Origin: Vicugna vicugna
Lineage: Eukaryota
DNA: 64,000 nt
Direction of reading: 5' to 3'
Assembly (NCBI GenBank): GCA_013265495.1
Contig: MU058213.1
Location: 2,480,001 to 2,544,000, forward strand
Below the pieces are notes generated by a model that saw nothing but the letters and a program-made list of their open reading frames with translations, was not told the origin of the DNA and did not search any database. A program made the translations under genes and the position numbers. This document shows, piece after piece, positions 12,696-25,540 of the stretch (positions are counted from its first letter, which is position 1; every line of letters begins with the position of its first letter).

Positions 12696-12925
12696 GGGGG
12701 GAGGATATAGCTCAAGTGCTAGAGTGCATGCTTTGCATGTATGAGGTCCTGGGTTCTATCCCCAGTATCTCCTCTAAAAATAAACCTAATTACCTCTCCC
12801 CCGCCACTGCCAAAACAAAATAATTAAATAATACAATAATAAATTTAAAAAAATAAAATGTTTAAAAAAAGAAGTTTAAAAAAAAGCATTTTAATAAAAA
12901 AAATCTAAAAAAACAAAAAAGCCTA
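12696..12925 (+). mobile_element. tRNA-derived camelid SINE (vic-1-like) with long A-rich tail
   Basis: ggggggaggatatagctcaagtgctagagtgcatgctttgcatgtatgaggtcctgggttctatcccc...ctaattacctc followed by an A-rich tail. Confidence 0.85.
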
Positions 12926-13469
12926 ATTTTAATACTACATATTTTCATGTAGCTCTTTGTACAGTGATACTCAAAAAAAAAAGCAGAAATTAAAAGATTT
13001 TATCAAGTATGTGCATTAAAAAAGAAAAAAACCCTTGAAGCTTCCAAAATTATAAAAACAGATGAATTAGCAAGTGTAAACTTTTCCAAAGGAAGTGACT
13101 TGGGGAGATGATCAGTGAGAAAACCAGGGGAAAGGAAGACACACTGTTCTGTGGTTTGTATATAAGTTCACTTTGTTCACAGTAGCATTTTAGTGCAAAA
13201 CACATTTTCCTTATCTTTTTAAAATATCAGTCTTTCCTTAGTAATCATCAAAAGCCATGTAGGCTTGGCTATGCTAAGTATGGTCTTTGCCCAAAGATAT
13301 ATAACTCTTCATGGTTAAGCATAAATAAAGGTTCCAGGGGATTCTTTCTTCAATCTGTATGCAATCTAGATTATTCTCATAATCAATTTAAACGTTGAAA
13401 AATTAACCATGTAAAAACATAGTTGTGGAAGTGCTAGATACTGAAATACCAGGAAATGCGGTTGGTATT

Positions 13470-14045
13470 TTTTTTTAACATTTTTTATTGATTTATAATC
13501 ATTTTACAATGTTGTGTCAAATTCCAGTGTTCAGCACAATTTTTCAGTCATTCATGGACATATACACACTCATTGTCACATTTATTTCTCTGTGATTGAT
13601 CATAACATTTTGTGTATATTTCCCTGTGCTATACAGTGTAATCTTGTTTATCTATTCTACAATTTTGAAATCCCAGTCTATCCCTTCCCACCCTCTACCC
13701 CCCTGGTAACCACAAGTCTGTATTCTCTGTCCATGAGTCTATTTCTGTCCTGTATTTATGCTTTGTTTTTGTTTGTTTGTTTGTTTTTGTTTTTTAGATT
13801 CCACATATGAGCGATCTCATATGGTATTTTTCTTTCTCTTTCTGGCTTACTTCACTTAGAATGACATTCTCCAGGAGCATCCATGTTGCTGCAAATGGCA
13901 TTATGTTGTCGGTTTTTATGGCTGAGTAGTATTCCATTGTATAAATATACCACATCTTCTTTATCCAGTCACCTGTTGATGGACATTTAGGCTGTTTCCA
14001 TGTTTTCGCTATTGTAAATAGTGCTGCTGTGAACATTGGAGTGCA
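13470..14045 (-). mobile_element. Young 5'-truncated L1
   Basis: ORF 13794-14036 is the ORF2p C-terminus. Perfect 17-bp TSD gaaatgcggttggtatt at 13453-13469 and 14046-14062. Confidence 0.96.
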
Positions 14046-14262
14046 GAAATGCGGTTGGTATTGAGCTGGGGAAGTGCCAAAGATAAATTTTTACCTCCTT
14101 CACCAGTATCTCTACATGTTGGCTAATTGTAAGCCTCTCAATTTGCCATTCCACACAGTAAATACTTGCATATTTCCTGTTGTATATAAAGCATTAGGAT
14201 GGATGCTAGTTATGCCAGGGTGAATAACTCAAAGCTTTGCTTGTAAAGTTTACTTTCTATTG

Positions 14263-14447
14263 CAGATTTCACAAAGTGTAGTCACAGACCCACAGCAATA
14301 ACATCACCTAGGAGCTTGTCAGAAACGTATTTCCATGAGCCCCACTAGGAGCTACTTAATCAGAAACTCCGAGGGTGGGGTCCAGCAGTCTGCTTTAACA
14401 AGCCCTATGAGTGATTGTGAATCATGCTCCCATTTGAGAATCCCTGA
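14263..14447. mobile_element. MER5A (hAT-Charlie)
   Basis: cagcaataacatcacctaggagcttgtcagaaa...aatcagaaactccgagggtggggtccagcagtctg...tttgagaatccctg. Confidence 0.8.
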
Positions 14448-17400
14448 TCTGCATAATCCAGACAGGTAAAGGGGCAGTTACAAGGCAGTGTGGAAAATAC
14501 TCTGAGAGAGAAAAGATGGGGTGTTCTGTGAGCACGTCAGAAGCTCACATAATGCCCTGGTCTGGGGTGAGTGGGTGCATAAAGAGAGAGTATTACAGAT
14601 AAAAGTGGGTCCCGCAGACGCAACATCTCAGAGGAATATGAGGGTTTGCTCCCTCCTAGGAGTGAAGGCTGGAGACAGTTGGACCAACCACAGTGCACAG
14701 TTGATCGTGAGTCTCCATCCAGAGTCAGGAGTGTCACAAATCCTGATACTAATGATAGTGAAAGTAGTACTGGTGACGGTTAAGGCTAAAGAGAAAAGCA
14801 GATGCTTTGTAAGCCAAGTAAAGGAGTTTGGATTTATCCTGCAGGAAATGTGAAGCCACTAAGAATTTTAAGTAGGAGCATCAGATTTGTGTTTTATAAA
14901 GACAGGTCTAGCTGCAGAACCGAGAATTAATCGGAGGGGTAAGAGTAGAAGCAAGGAAAGTACATTCTAGGCTATTTGGGTCACCTGGCTGAGTTAAATT
15001 TTCTCATAGGTTGTGACTTGTGCTTGCTAAAATTTATTTACAAAAATATGCCTTAGGTCTTTGGCATATGTTGAGTAAGAATAATGCATACAGAAAGATT
15101 GCAGTCTTATCTCTTAAATAATGGCTTCCAATTTGGGGATGTTGGAGACATTTGTTGTTTATAGAAAGTAAGAGGGAATCACAAGCTCTTCTCAATTTAT
15201 TAAAATGTCCAATAAGAATCATATATTTGTATAAAAGTAAATGAAAATTCATGTTTCCTACTTTTCTGTGAAGTTATGTCAACTCAGAGTACATTCTGTG
15301 GTCATTTAATGCTGATTAGAAACTCCATGTTGACATTTACGTATCACTGGAGAACACAGCCGTGAGAAAATGAGCTGAGCTTTTAGCTTAACGAGTGCAG
15401 CAGGAAAGGAAAAGAAATAGAAACCATAGGAGAAACTAAATGCATGTATCTGGATGAAAGATTGTAAACTGTGGCATGTTATTTATTATATAATGTAGCT
15501 AGACCTAAGGGAATTAGGTGGCCAGTCAGCCATTAGGCAGGAAAAATGACCTGAAATAAAAAGAAAAATTAAATTGCATGAAAACAGTTCCACTTTTGAG
15601 ATAAAAATCATATTTTATTTGTGAGTAATTACACTCAGAGCTACTGTGAGAGGGAGAAGCATTAGCTTCCATGAAAGCCCCACTTTCTCAGTCTTTGAAC
15701 AGGACTCCAGTTCAATGTTCATTTTCCTTAAGTGTGGGGAGCCGAATGGGGTCTAATGCCATTTTGTTTACATTCAAATTCAGTTCCTCTCATCTTTTGA
15801 GTGGCAGGTGCTTTTGTAATCTGAACAGATGACAGTTCATACTTCTAGTGAGGGACAGTGTGAATTCAGTTTAGTGATTATATTTTTATGGGAACAAACT
15901 CATATAAATCTAAATAAAAAGTTTAAAACCTTTATGGGAAACAGAGGTACTGTGTCTAATGTTCACCTCAGGACATTAGAAGTATAATATGGGACTGATT
16001 GTACTTGCTGTGTTCCCCATTAAATGACTTAATGGACCTTATTCAGTGTAATTTGTCTAGAAAGTGGTGGTAACACACTTACCTAGTAATTGATCCTCTG
16101 TGATCGGTAGTCAGTTGTGTGAACTAGAAAACCATGAATGAGTAATAGTAGCATCTGTGGACCACTTTTGGCCGGACGTAAGAACTATCTAACTGGGTCA
16201 TAACCACCATGCAGGCTCCTGCATTTCCTTGTGTTATTACTGCAGCACTGTGTCTGGAGCAGTCGCTCTGATTGAATTGCAAATAATCTAGCCTCCGGGA
16301 TGGTGCAGCCCTACCATCATTCTAATTTTGACACCTTTTCCCTCTTTGTCCAGCAGAGAAGATCCCATCCAGAGAGTGACACTCTTCCCTATCCAGTCTG
16401 CAGAGCTGCAGATCCACCTGCAGCCCTGGGCTGTTGTAATAGTCCTCTCAGCCCTTCCCTGTCTTTACTCTGTTCCCGACCTCAGTGAACGCAGGGACCT
16501 TCCCGAGCTCCTTTCCTCTGCACCATGGCCCCCGCTCTGGTTGGCTGGTCTTTGGAGGCTGAGCTCACTGAGTCCACTGGAAGTCTTACCCTCATCTCCA
16601 TAGGACCTTGGGGGTAGGGCAGGTCTCTGATTTTGGCTCTGCATTGAAATAGCTTTTCTTTTTATTTGTCTAAATACATTCCTTTTATTTGCAAGATGCA
16701 CTTTGTATTACCTAGGAATTTGGGATAACCTAGAAGTCCATGTTGATTTACAATTTTCCGTATGTCAGCTGTACTTCGTGGGAGACCAGGCTTTCTGACA
16801 GAAGAGTCTGAGTCTTTCTGGTCAGTCATCATGTAACCAATGTTTGAGGATCCCTGCCTGTCCTTGACCACCAGAGGCAGTTCATCTCTGTGAATATTAT
16901 AGAAGCATTGTTTAGAACTTCTTCAGTTACACTTCACCTTCCAGGAGGCTCAGTGCTTGGAATGCTCATCTTAATTCAGTTATAAAAAATATCATAGGTT
17001 TTTATAATGAAAGAAAAATATATTAATTTCAGTTCCACATTTTGAAGATACTTAGAATTATGCTAACTTTTCTGACATTTACAACACTTTAGTTAAAATG
17101 TTCTGCGGGAATTTGTTTAATTGTTCCATATAAGTAAAGTGATTTGGGACATTACCTATGTGTGTTATTTTATTTCATATTTTTATTAATAGCTCCCTTT
17201 AATCTCTCCCACAGATATAAAGACCTTGTTTTTATTTTAAAAGCATCTTTTTGTTATGATTATTCTGTTATTCATAATTAATTACTGATGTTTCATCTAC
17301 ATATAATTTTGTTGATGCATTTTCTACCTGCTGTACAACAGATTTTGTTCCATAACACGGCAAAACATTATAAAGACGCTGTCAGCTTAGGGTTCTTATG

Positions 17401-20400
17401 TTTAGCCCTTCCAGATTTCCCTATGGCTTTACAGATGTGGATTTTAATCCTGCTTTGTATTTTCCATGGGATTCATTTTCTGTCTCAAAGGCAGATCCCC
17501 AGGATAAAAAACATTCTTGTCTGAAAACATTTTATATCTATTTATGTGCACAAGACAGACACACACACACCCATACCTAGTCACTGTAGTTTTTTTGTTG
17601 TTGTTTTTGATATCTTGATTTGATAACATTTGTGTCCTTAAAAAATGATTAACTGTTTGACCCAGAATCCTGGCAGTAACTGTAATTCAGTTTGCTGTAA
17701 GAAATAAGTCTGACGCGTTGATGGGAAGAGGAAGTCTCTGAGAGATATTTCTATTAAAGATCGTCTGGAAAATGGATGGTGTCTTATTGTGGCAGTGTGC
17801 CTGAGCTCTCACAGATATTTTACAGAAAATCCATAGAAGACTTTTTCTTCATTTTTGGCTAACCTATCTTTGAAGCATTTTTGGACAGCCCTCGATTATA
17901 TACTTATAATACACCCAGTCATCTCAGGGCTGAAGGGCCCCAGTGTCACTGTAAAACAGAGCAAGACAGTCCTCTGAGACCCAGTTAGGTCAGGAATCAT
18001 TGGGCTCTAACATGACTATCTTCTCATGGGAAAACTAGCTATGTATCATCAAACCTTAGGAGCTTACAGTTCATGGGATTTAATTATGCATAAGATCAGC
18101 TGTTAATGATATGAAAACTGCTTATTATTTGAGATCTGTATTAAACACCTGTTTATATCAAAATTGTTTCTTTGAAGTTAGAACACAAGGTATCAACAAA
18201 ACAAAGTATACCAGCTCCCACATACCTTACATTCTAAGCAAACCAAACATTTCCTCCCGCGTATGGCTCATGTCTTCCTCCTGCTTTGCCTTTTTTTTTT
18301 TTTAAACAGAGGTCTTCCTGCTGCTATATTCACATTTCTTAACCCTCCCTATCCCTAAACGCTCAGTTTAAGAACCATATGTTTTATAAAGATATTTTGA
18401 TAGATCTAACAGTAAATAATTTCCTTTTGGAGAATTTCTTTCACTTTTTATTATTATTTTTTGCAAATCTTTGCTCACTGTTACACCACAGCCCCTTTGG
18501 ACGGAGGATTTGGGTTTGATTCATTTCTAAGAATTGCTTCTTTCTCCCTCAGCCTGTGTAGGTACCTTGCACGCGGTATCTGCTCAACAAATAAGGATGG
18601 AATGAATGAATTCAAAATAAATACGTAAAAGTTCCAAGAGGAAATACGCAAATAATTCAGCAGATTCCAGCTAATGTGGCTCAAGCAATTGAGGAACCAA
18701 ATTGTAATTGTTCTAAGTTTCATCTAAATTTAAATAGCCACATTTGGCTGGTGGCTACCGTATTAGAAAGCACAGCTCTAGAACTTAGACTGACTATTGA
18801 AATTCACACTGGACTAAAACACTTCAGCTGGACTAGGACCACAGTCCGCTAGGATAAACCTCCCTAAATTGTGCAGGTGTAGCATTGACACTTAAATTTT
18901 ATACTCAAGGCACATCGCTTGACTCACCCTAGTCCCAGCTCTGCATTTCAATTAGCAGGAATTTCTCACCACTGACACTGCCTTATACTGTTGAACCCCT
19001 GTGAAACCACGGATGGTATCGGGGCACCATTACTATTTGAGAACTACACAATAGATTGTTCGCAGATCTGTGAAGCATCCTTTCTGCTCTTCTGGGAGTC
19101 AAGACATGTTTCCTTTTACCCTATCCATTTCCCTTGGTAGCTTCTCAAATATCAGACCTTCTTTCTATGGTTGAATCAAATATTGGCTCCTCTGTGAAGT
19201 GATTCTTGGTGCTTTGAATATTCACTCCTCCTGACAAAATTGGGTTCAAGCAGTAGAAAACACTTAAGACCTAAACAAGTTGTTTAACTTTTCTAAGCTT
19301 CAGTTCCTCTCCCCACCCCCACAACATGGCGATGCTAACACCTAACTCATTTTTGTTAATAACTATATAATGAGATCCTGCCAAATGCCTGGTGTCTGCA
19401 CTAAATACAGTTAATTCACTCAGCAAGGGAGATTTGGCCTTTTGTTACCCAGAATAGATCTAGGTCTGTAATTAAATAATTCAGTGTGATAAGTGTCTAT
19501 CATGACTGCACAGTTCCTGTTTCAGTAGCTGACATAGAATAGGAACTCATTAAATAGTAGTTTTTAGTATTATCCTTTCTATTATGATTGAGACTTAGAA
19601 ATCTATTTCATAAAATCCAGAGGGTGAATGAATCGATATGGCATTACTCTGTTAAACTACTATAGATTGATTTTTACTGTAGTTTGTTGATAAGGGAAGA
19701 ACCATTAGAATCATCTCCTCCATGAAGGAATGATTTATTCTAATAAACCTTATAAGGGCCTCCCAGAGCTCCAAACAAAGAAAAGTAATTAATTTTGTGT
19801 AGCCACCACACTTGATAAAATTGAACACCTTTGTGTTTTTATATTCACAAGTAAATTACAGAAATACACTTTGTGGATTAAAGGATTGATTTTTAGCCAA
19901 AGAAGAGCTTAATTTTGAATGCTCGTGTTCACCAGTTGAATGTTAGGGTATTGCATTCTTTTTATTTTAATGTTGGTAGTTTTGAACTGAAGTTATTTGG
20001 AGTAAGGTTAGTTTGAAGATTTTTCTCCATCAACAAAAATACTTCCTTTGCTGAAGTCCTTTCCTTTCTTTACTTGCTCATTGCAATCCAGCCTAACAGC
20101 GACATTTACAACTAAACTGGTAATTGACTTTTTAGATCAGTGTTCCCCATGCAACAATAAACTCGTAAGTAATGGTTCGGGCATTGATAAGAAGCTGTAC
20201 AATTTAAAAATATGCACCACAAATTTTATGTCTACCAAATGAATTGATAAATCCAGAAGGAAATTTCGATGGGTACTGTCAGCTGTAAAATTGAAGATAG
20301 GGGATGAAGAAAGCACAGCCTCCTTTTGGTTATTTGCAGATGAGTTACCTAGTTGGAAAGAGTCTTAGATGCACCTTTTCTATTTTTTGTTTATTTCAGT

Positions 20401-22414
20401 GTCACTAATTTATTACTTCACTAATGGGAGGATAAATGAGGAAGAGAAGTGACACTCAGATCAGTCAACTCACATGCCTAAAAGATGAGGTAAAGAGAAG
20501 GAAAGGATGTGAGGGCCTGTCTGCTCCTCCAGTTACCCACCTTACCATTTTCTACTATTTTTCTTTAAATGAGAGTTGGCTGTATTAGAAACTGTGGTTA
20601 GGGTTCCTCAGTCATGCTGACTCCATACTCTCCTTGTGTTTCTAAGAGTGGTAAGAAGTAACAGGCAACTTTTGTTTCTTATGCGCTCATCAGTTCTACT
20701 TAATATCTGTTGAATTTCTCTGTGTCATTATCACTGCTAACTTGTGGTACTGCATTAGAGCTAACACTTGGCATTTCTGTAATACTTAGTATTTGCTTAG
20801 TTCCATGTTAACTGCTTCCATCTCTCTACACACTGATTAAAGCAAAACAAACAAACAAAAACAGCATGGTGACTTGCTTTGCCTATTCAGTAAGTGATGG
20901 AAATGAACTGGGACCCAGTCTCCTTACTGACCCCATTTAGGATCGCTGTTTAGCACTGAGAAAGCGTCAGTGTTAGAAAAGCAAGGCCCCAGGGACTGTC
21001 TATTTTTGCTTAGTCTGACATAAATTTTGGAACCTTGAATTACCCTCGAGCAATTTAGTTCACTACATAAAACCAGTAGATACCGTATAATGAAACACAG
21101 ACGTTTGAGCATACAGATGAAGTTTGGTTACTAGAGAAGAATAGAATTTGAGATCCTTAAGGCTCCTTTCCACTCTCAGACTCTGACTATGAGCAGTCTG
21201 ACAGTTATATCATATCATGACAGCATCTGCGAATACCTGCATGCTCATTCTCCCCAAATCGCCCATGCCTGCATCTTGACTTTCAATTTACTTCTGGCAA
21301 ACAGGAATTTGGTGTGTTCCAGTTGAATTATTCTGATTTCTAAATGGCTATCTTGTCAAGTTTTTATTTATGGATGTCCATTTACAAGCCACATTGCAAG
21401 GACTGTTTCCAGCTTTTTGGCCTGTAGTAACCCACTCTCACCTTAGTATCTGGATAAAGTGGAAGCATCAAAATTTCTCATAGATATAAAAAAACTTTAA
21501 AAAAAATTTTAAATCACACTGACATAAGCTTAAAAATTCTAACTCCAGTCTTTATTAAAATATAAATTTTCACTGTAATCATTAATTTTCCTATTTGTAA
21601 TAATGATCAAGCATTGGAAGGAAATGTATAGAATGGAAGCTCTTCGGTCTGGTTGAACATGTGATCTCCACATTCCCCATCCTTGCCATCAGTATAGTGC
21701 CCTGTTAAGTTCCCAGATTGAATAAACATACCCAACTTATCTCAAAGCTTTTTGCCTGCTCAGAGGCTTATCAGCAGTTCTTGGTTCCCTAGCCTGTTGT
21801 GGAGAAGACAGCTTATTATAGAAAGTTTTAGTGTGATGTAATTAAATTACAGATCTTACCATTCTGTTTGATGTCTCTAATCTGATTTTCCTGTGTAATT
21901 ATTGAACTTGCAGGATTTGTCCATAGCTTCACTACAATTTTGTTTGAAAGAATCCTTAATAATGTAATGTGTCGTATCAAGGGGTTCTATCTCATTGATA
22001 ACCTGCTGTCAGCTAATAATACAAAAAGAATCAATCTCCTTGTCCTTAAGAGCCCAGAGTATTTAAATTTTTTTTAATTTTGAAAAATATTCTAAGTAAA
22101 CAATAGTGAAAATTCATGTTTAAAGAAATAATAATGAAATGAACACTTAAGCGGTTGTAGCCCAGATTTAGAAACAGGTTACCCTGATAGCATTTGGTTC
22201 CCAGAAACAGCCACTGTTGTGAAGCTTCTGTTAATGATCGCTTTGCTCTCCCTTGTAGTTTTACCACATATAAGCATTTCTCTGAATTAGTTAATAGCTA
22301 CTTCTACTTGCTTTAAAATTGGTATAAACAGAATCATACTGAATATATTCTTCTGCGTCATGATCTTTTACCTCAGCATTATGTTTGATATTCATCGGTA
22401 CTGGGGTGTGTAAC

Positions 22415-23040
22415 AGTCTGTTTAGCTCAAGTTCCCTGAAAATAGATTCTCAGGTGGACAGTTGATTGCATGTGGACATTTCACCTAAGGGTGCTCTGAA
22501 GCAGGGCTGCCTGTTAGAACTTTATGGGATGGTGAACATGTTCTCTATCTACCCTGCCTTATATAGTAGTCAAGGCCACTAGCCACATAGGACTTTGAGT
22601 GCTTGAATTAATTTAATTTAAATATAAATTTAATTATCTGTTAGTAGCTAATGGGTTTTTATTGGACAGCACAGCTCTGGAGAGATACCCGTACAGAAGT
22701 GATAAAGTCGGATCAGGCAGAGGGGGAAGCTGACTTGCAATATGGCTCTATCAGGACCTCAGTCAATCCTACAGGGAGGTCTGGAGCCGAGATGGCCCTT
22801 CAAACAGTCCCCAGTTGAGGCCCAGCAATGGAACTTGTGTATGAGGTCATAAGCCGGTCATTGGTGCTGCCTCCTGGAAGAGGGAGAAATCTTGGGTGAA
22901 TCAGTTTCTTGCCTCTGAGGGCAATTCCCAGTGGAGGGCACAACTGTAAGCCTTCAGCAGCCAGTATTACCAGAAGCAGGGGGTTTGTGTTGGCCCTAAA
23001 GAGAGAATCTGAGCAGAATACCATAGCATCCACTACGCAG
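22415..23040 (-). mobile_element. ERVL-type LTR (LTR16/LTR33-like) interrupted by MER3
   Basis: ggcagagggggaagctgac...cctcagtcaatcctacagggaggtctggagc motifs; exact family uncertain. Confidence 0.5.
22502..22678 (+). mobile_element. MER3 (hAT-Charlie)
   Basis: cagggctg...agaacttt...gccactagccaca...attggacagcacagctctg. Confidence 0.75.
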
Positions 23041-23441
23041 TTGACCACTCATTTTCAGTGCTCTGTGGAAACTGCATTATATCAGTCCAATTTATATGTT
23101 CTGTGGATGATGGAGAATTGGGCTATTTCCAGTTTGGGGAAGTGTGGCTACTATAAACAGTGCTTCTCTAAACATTTCTGCTATATGTCTTCTGGTGAAT
23201 AAATAGAATGGTTTCTCTAGGATATATGCCTGTACGTGACATTATAGAATTTGTACATAATTTACTTTACTAGGAAATGCCAAGCTATTTTCCATTTCCA
23301 AAATGGTGTATATTTTGCGAATGACAATTGCAAATCTTCCAGTGTCACAGCTCTGTCAACTGAGAGGCTTATTCAGAAGACAAGCTTAGGGTCTTTGATA
23401 TCATTTCCCTCCTGAATAAACTATTAAAATAACATTTACCC

Positions 23442-24022
23442 TGCAGAGGTTAGCAGAATTCTAAGATAACTCTCAGTGAGTCATGCTCTTGTCTAATGCT
23501 TTTTTCTTAACTGTGGACAGAACCTGTGACTTAACTTTTAGCCGGTAGAATATGACAGAAACCATAAACCAAAAATAAAAACTAAACCCGTGATTAGATT
23601 ACATGTCAAAGGTAAAGGGTTTTACAGATGTAATCAAGGTTCCTGATCAGGTTGACTTTGGACTAATGAAAAGAGATAGTACACTGGGTAGGCCTGACCT
23701 AATCAGCTAAGCCCTTTAAAGAGAAGCTTGGGCCTTTTCTAAGTAAGAGAGATTGGAAAATGAAGCAGCCATGGATTCTACAGATATAAGGAAATTAATT
23801 CTGCCAACAACCATGCAGGCTTGCACAAGGACTCTGAGACTCAGATGAAATCCGAGCCCTGGCCAACACCTTGATTGTAGGTCTGTGGCACACTAAGCAG
23901 AGTACCCCATTATTGCTGTGCCTCGACTCCTGACCCTTGGAAGCTGTGGGACAATAAATGTGTGTTGTTGAAAGCTGCTAAAATTGTGGCAATTTGTTAC
24001 AAATCAATAGGAAACAAATGCA
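23442..24022 (+). mobile_element. MaLR solo LTR (MLT1E-like)
   Basis: gatgtaatcaagg...ggcctgacctaatcag...gccaacaccttgatt...AATAAAtgtgtgttg...tgtggcaatttgttac. Confidence 0.8.
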
Positions 24023-24652
24023 TCCCCTTAGCAGTGAGATTTCTCTTTTTTTCAATTACATTTTATTTTCTCTGACTATTTCATCTCCATGGGTCTTTTG
24101 TTATTTGGAGTGAGAGACTTTATTATTTCTCATCTTTAAGATGATTCTTAATCCACTGAAAAGAGACACTGAGTTTATTTCAGATTGCTGCAGCATTGTA
24201 CCCAGTAATAACTGCTTCCTTTCAGAAAATTGTATTCCTTTTCCATGGATGAGAATACCTGTAGGAACTTAAGGACTGGAGAGAAAGTGTTTATGTCAAT
24301 TTCAAGGATAAAATATCTAAACATCACTTGCCTTAAAACATCCAAGAGTGGCTGAGCTTAAGAAGAGAAAATGTAAGGCTTTCTCACGTATTTCAAGACT
24401 CCTTTAAGGACAGAAAGGGTTTTGAGAAGATAACTATGACAGAAACAGAAGAGAAATGTGGATGCATGTGAAACATAGACAGAAAGAACAATGGAGAGTT
24501 TAAATTTTATAAAGTTCAGTGCAACGAGGTTGTCTTACTATGGGTCAAACCAGATGCTAAAACAAACAAACTCCAATATGAGTGATATATTTTCTTCTCA
24601 CTCATGTACAGTCTGTGAACAAGGATGTTGCTGATACTCAAGTGGATTTTTC

Positions 24653-25540
24653 TGTTGCAGTTGGGGTTCTCCAGAAGCAGAACTTAAAAGAACTTGTAGG
24701 TAGTTTATTTGAGACATGATTCCAGGGGAGATAAGTTGAGTTGGGTAGGGAAAATGAGATAAAGAAGACAGAAGAGCACTCAAGGGTGCATAATGGGCTG
24801 GTTATCTCTGTGGTCAACTGAGGCTCTGTTCCTTTGGAAGCCCGCTGGGAAATTACACGGCACACACCTCAGAGCTGACCCAGTGGATGATGGGGAGTGT
24901 GATGGGTTAAATGGTGTCTCTTCAAACAATAAGTCTACCCAGAACCTCAGAATGTGGCATCATACAGAATAAGGACAAATGTAGCTAAGTGTCTAGAGAT
25001 TACAGTAGGCCCTACATCAAGTGACAGGTGCTCTTATAAGAGGCAGAAGAGAAGACACACTGACACACAGAAGAAAGCCATGTGAATGCAGAGGCAGAGA
25101 TTGGAGTCAAGCATCCACAAACCAAAGAACATCGAGTGTCGCCGCAGTCATCAGACGTTAGGAGAGAGGCACGGAAGAAATTCCCCTCGCAGCCGTGGGA
25201 TGAACCAACCCGGCCAACAGCTTGATTGTGGACTTCTCAGTTCCGGAGCTGTGAGAGAGTATATTTCTGTTATTTTAAGCCACCAAGTCTGTGGTAATTT
25301 CTTACAGCAGCCCTAGGAGACTAATCCAGGGAGGCTGAGCTGTTGACTCCTAGGCACGTTTAGGCCACACCTGAATGTGACAGAATGGCCTTCGGTGACT
25401 TTATAAAAAGCCCAGACATCAGATCAGACAGAGGCTGCAGCAAGTGCTTGATGTGAGACCCTGACAACATACGTAGAATTACTTACCAGAGTTGCACTGA
25501 AATCAGGAAGGCTGAGGAGATGTGGCACTGTCAGCCGCAA
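24653..25540 (-). mobile_element. ERVL LTR (LTR16-like) interrupted by an MLT1
   Basis: ggggttctccagaagcag...gtagtttatttgag, with similar sequence resuming after 25333. Confidence 0.5.
24898..25328 (+). mobile_element. MaLR solo LTR (MLT1C-like)
   Basis: TGTGATGGGTTAAATG...GCAGCCCTAGGAGACTAATCCA, with 5-bp TSD GGGAG at 24893-24897 and 25329-25333. Confidence 0.88.

Noticed and set aside
12696..12775. tRNA gene (also at 8980 and 50231)
   Set aside because: Diverged tRNA-like heads followed by AT-rich tails, one nested in an L1; these are SINEs.
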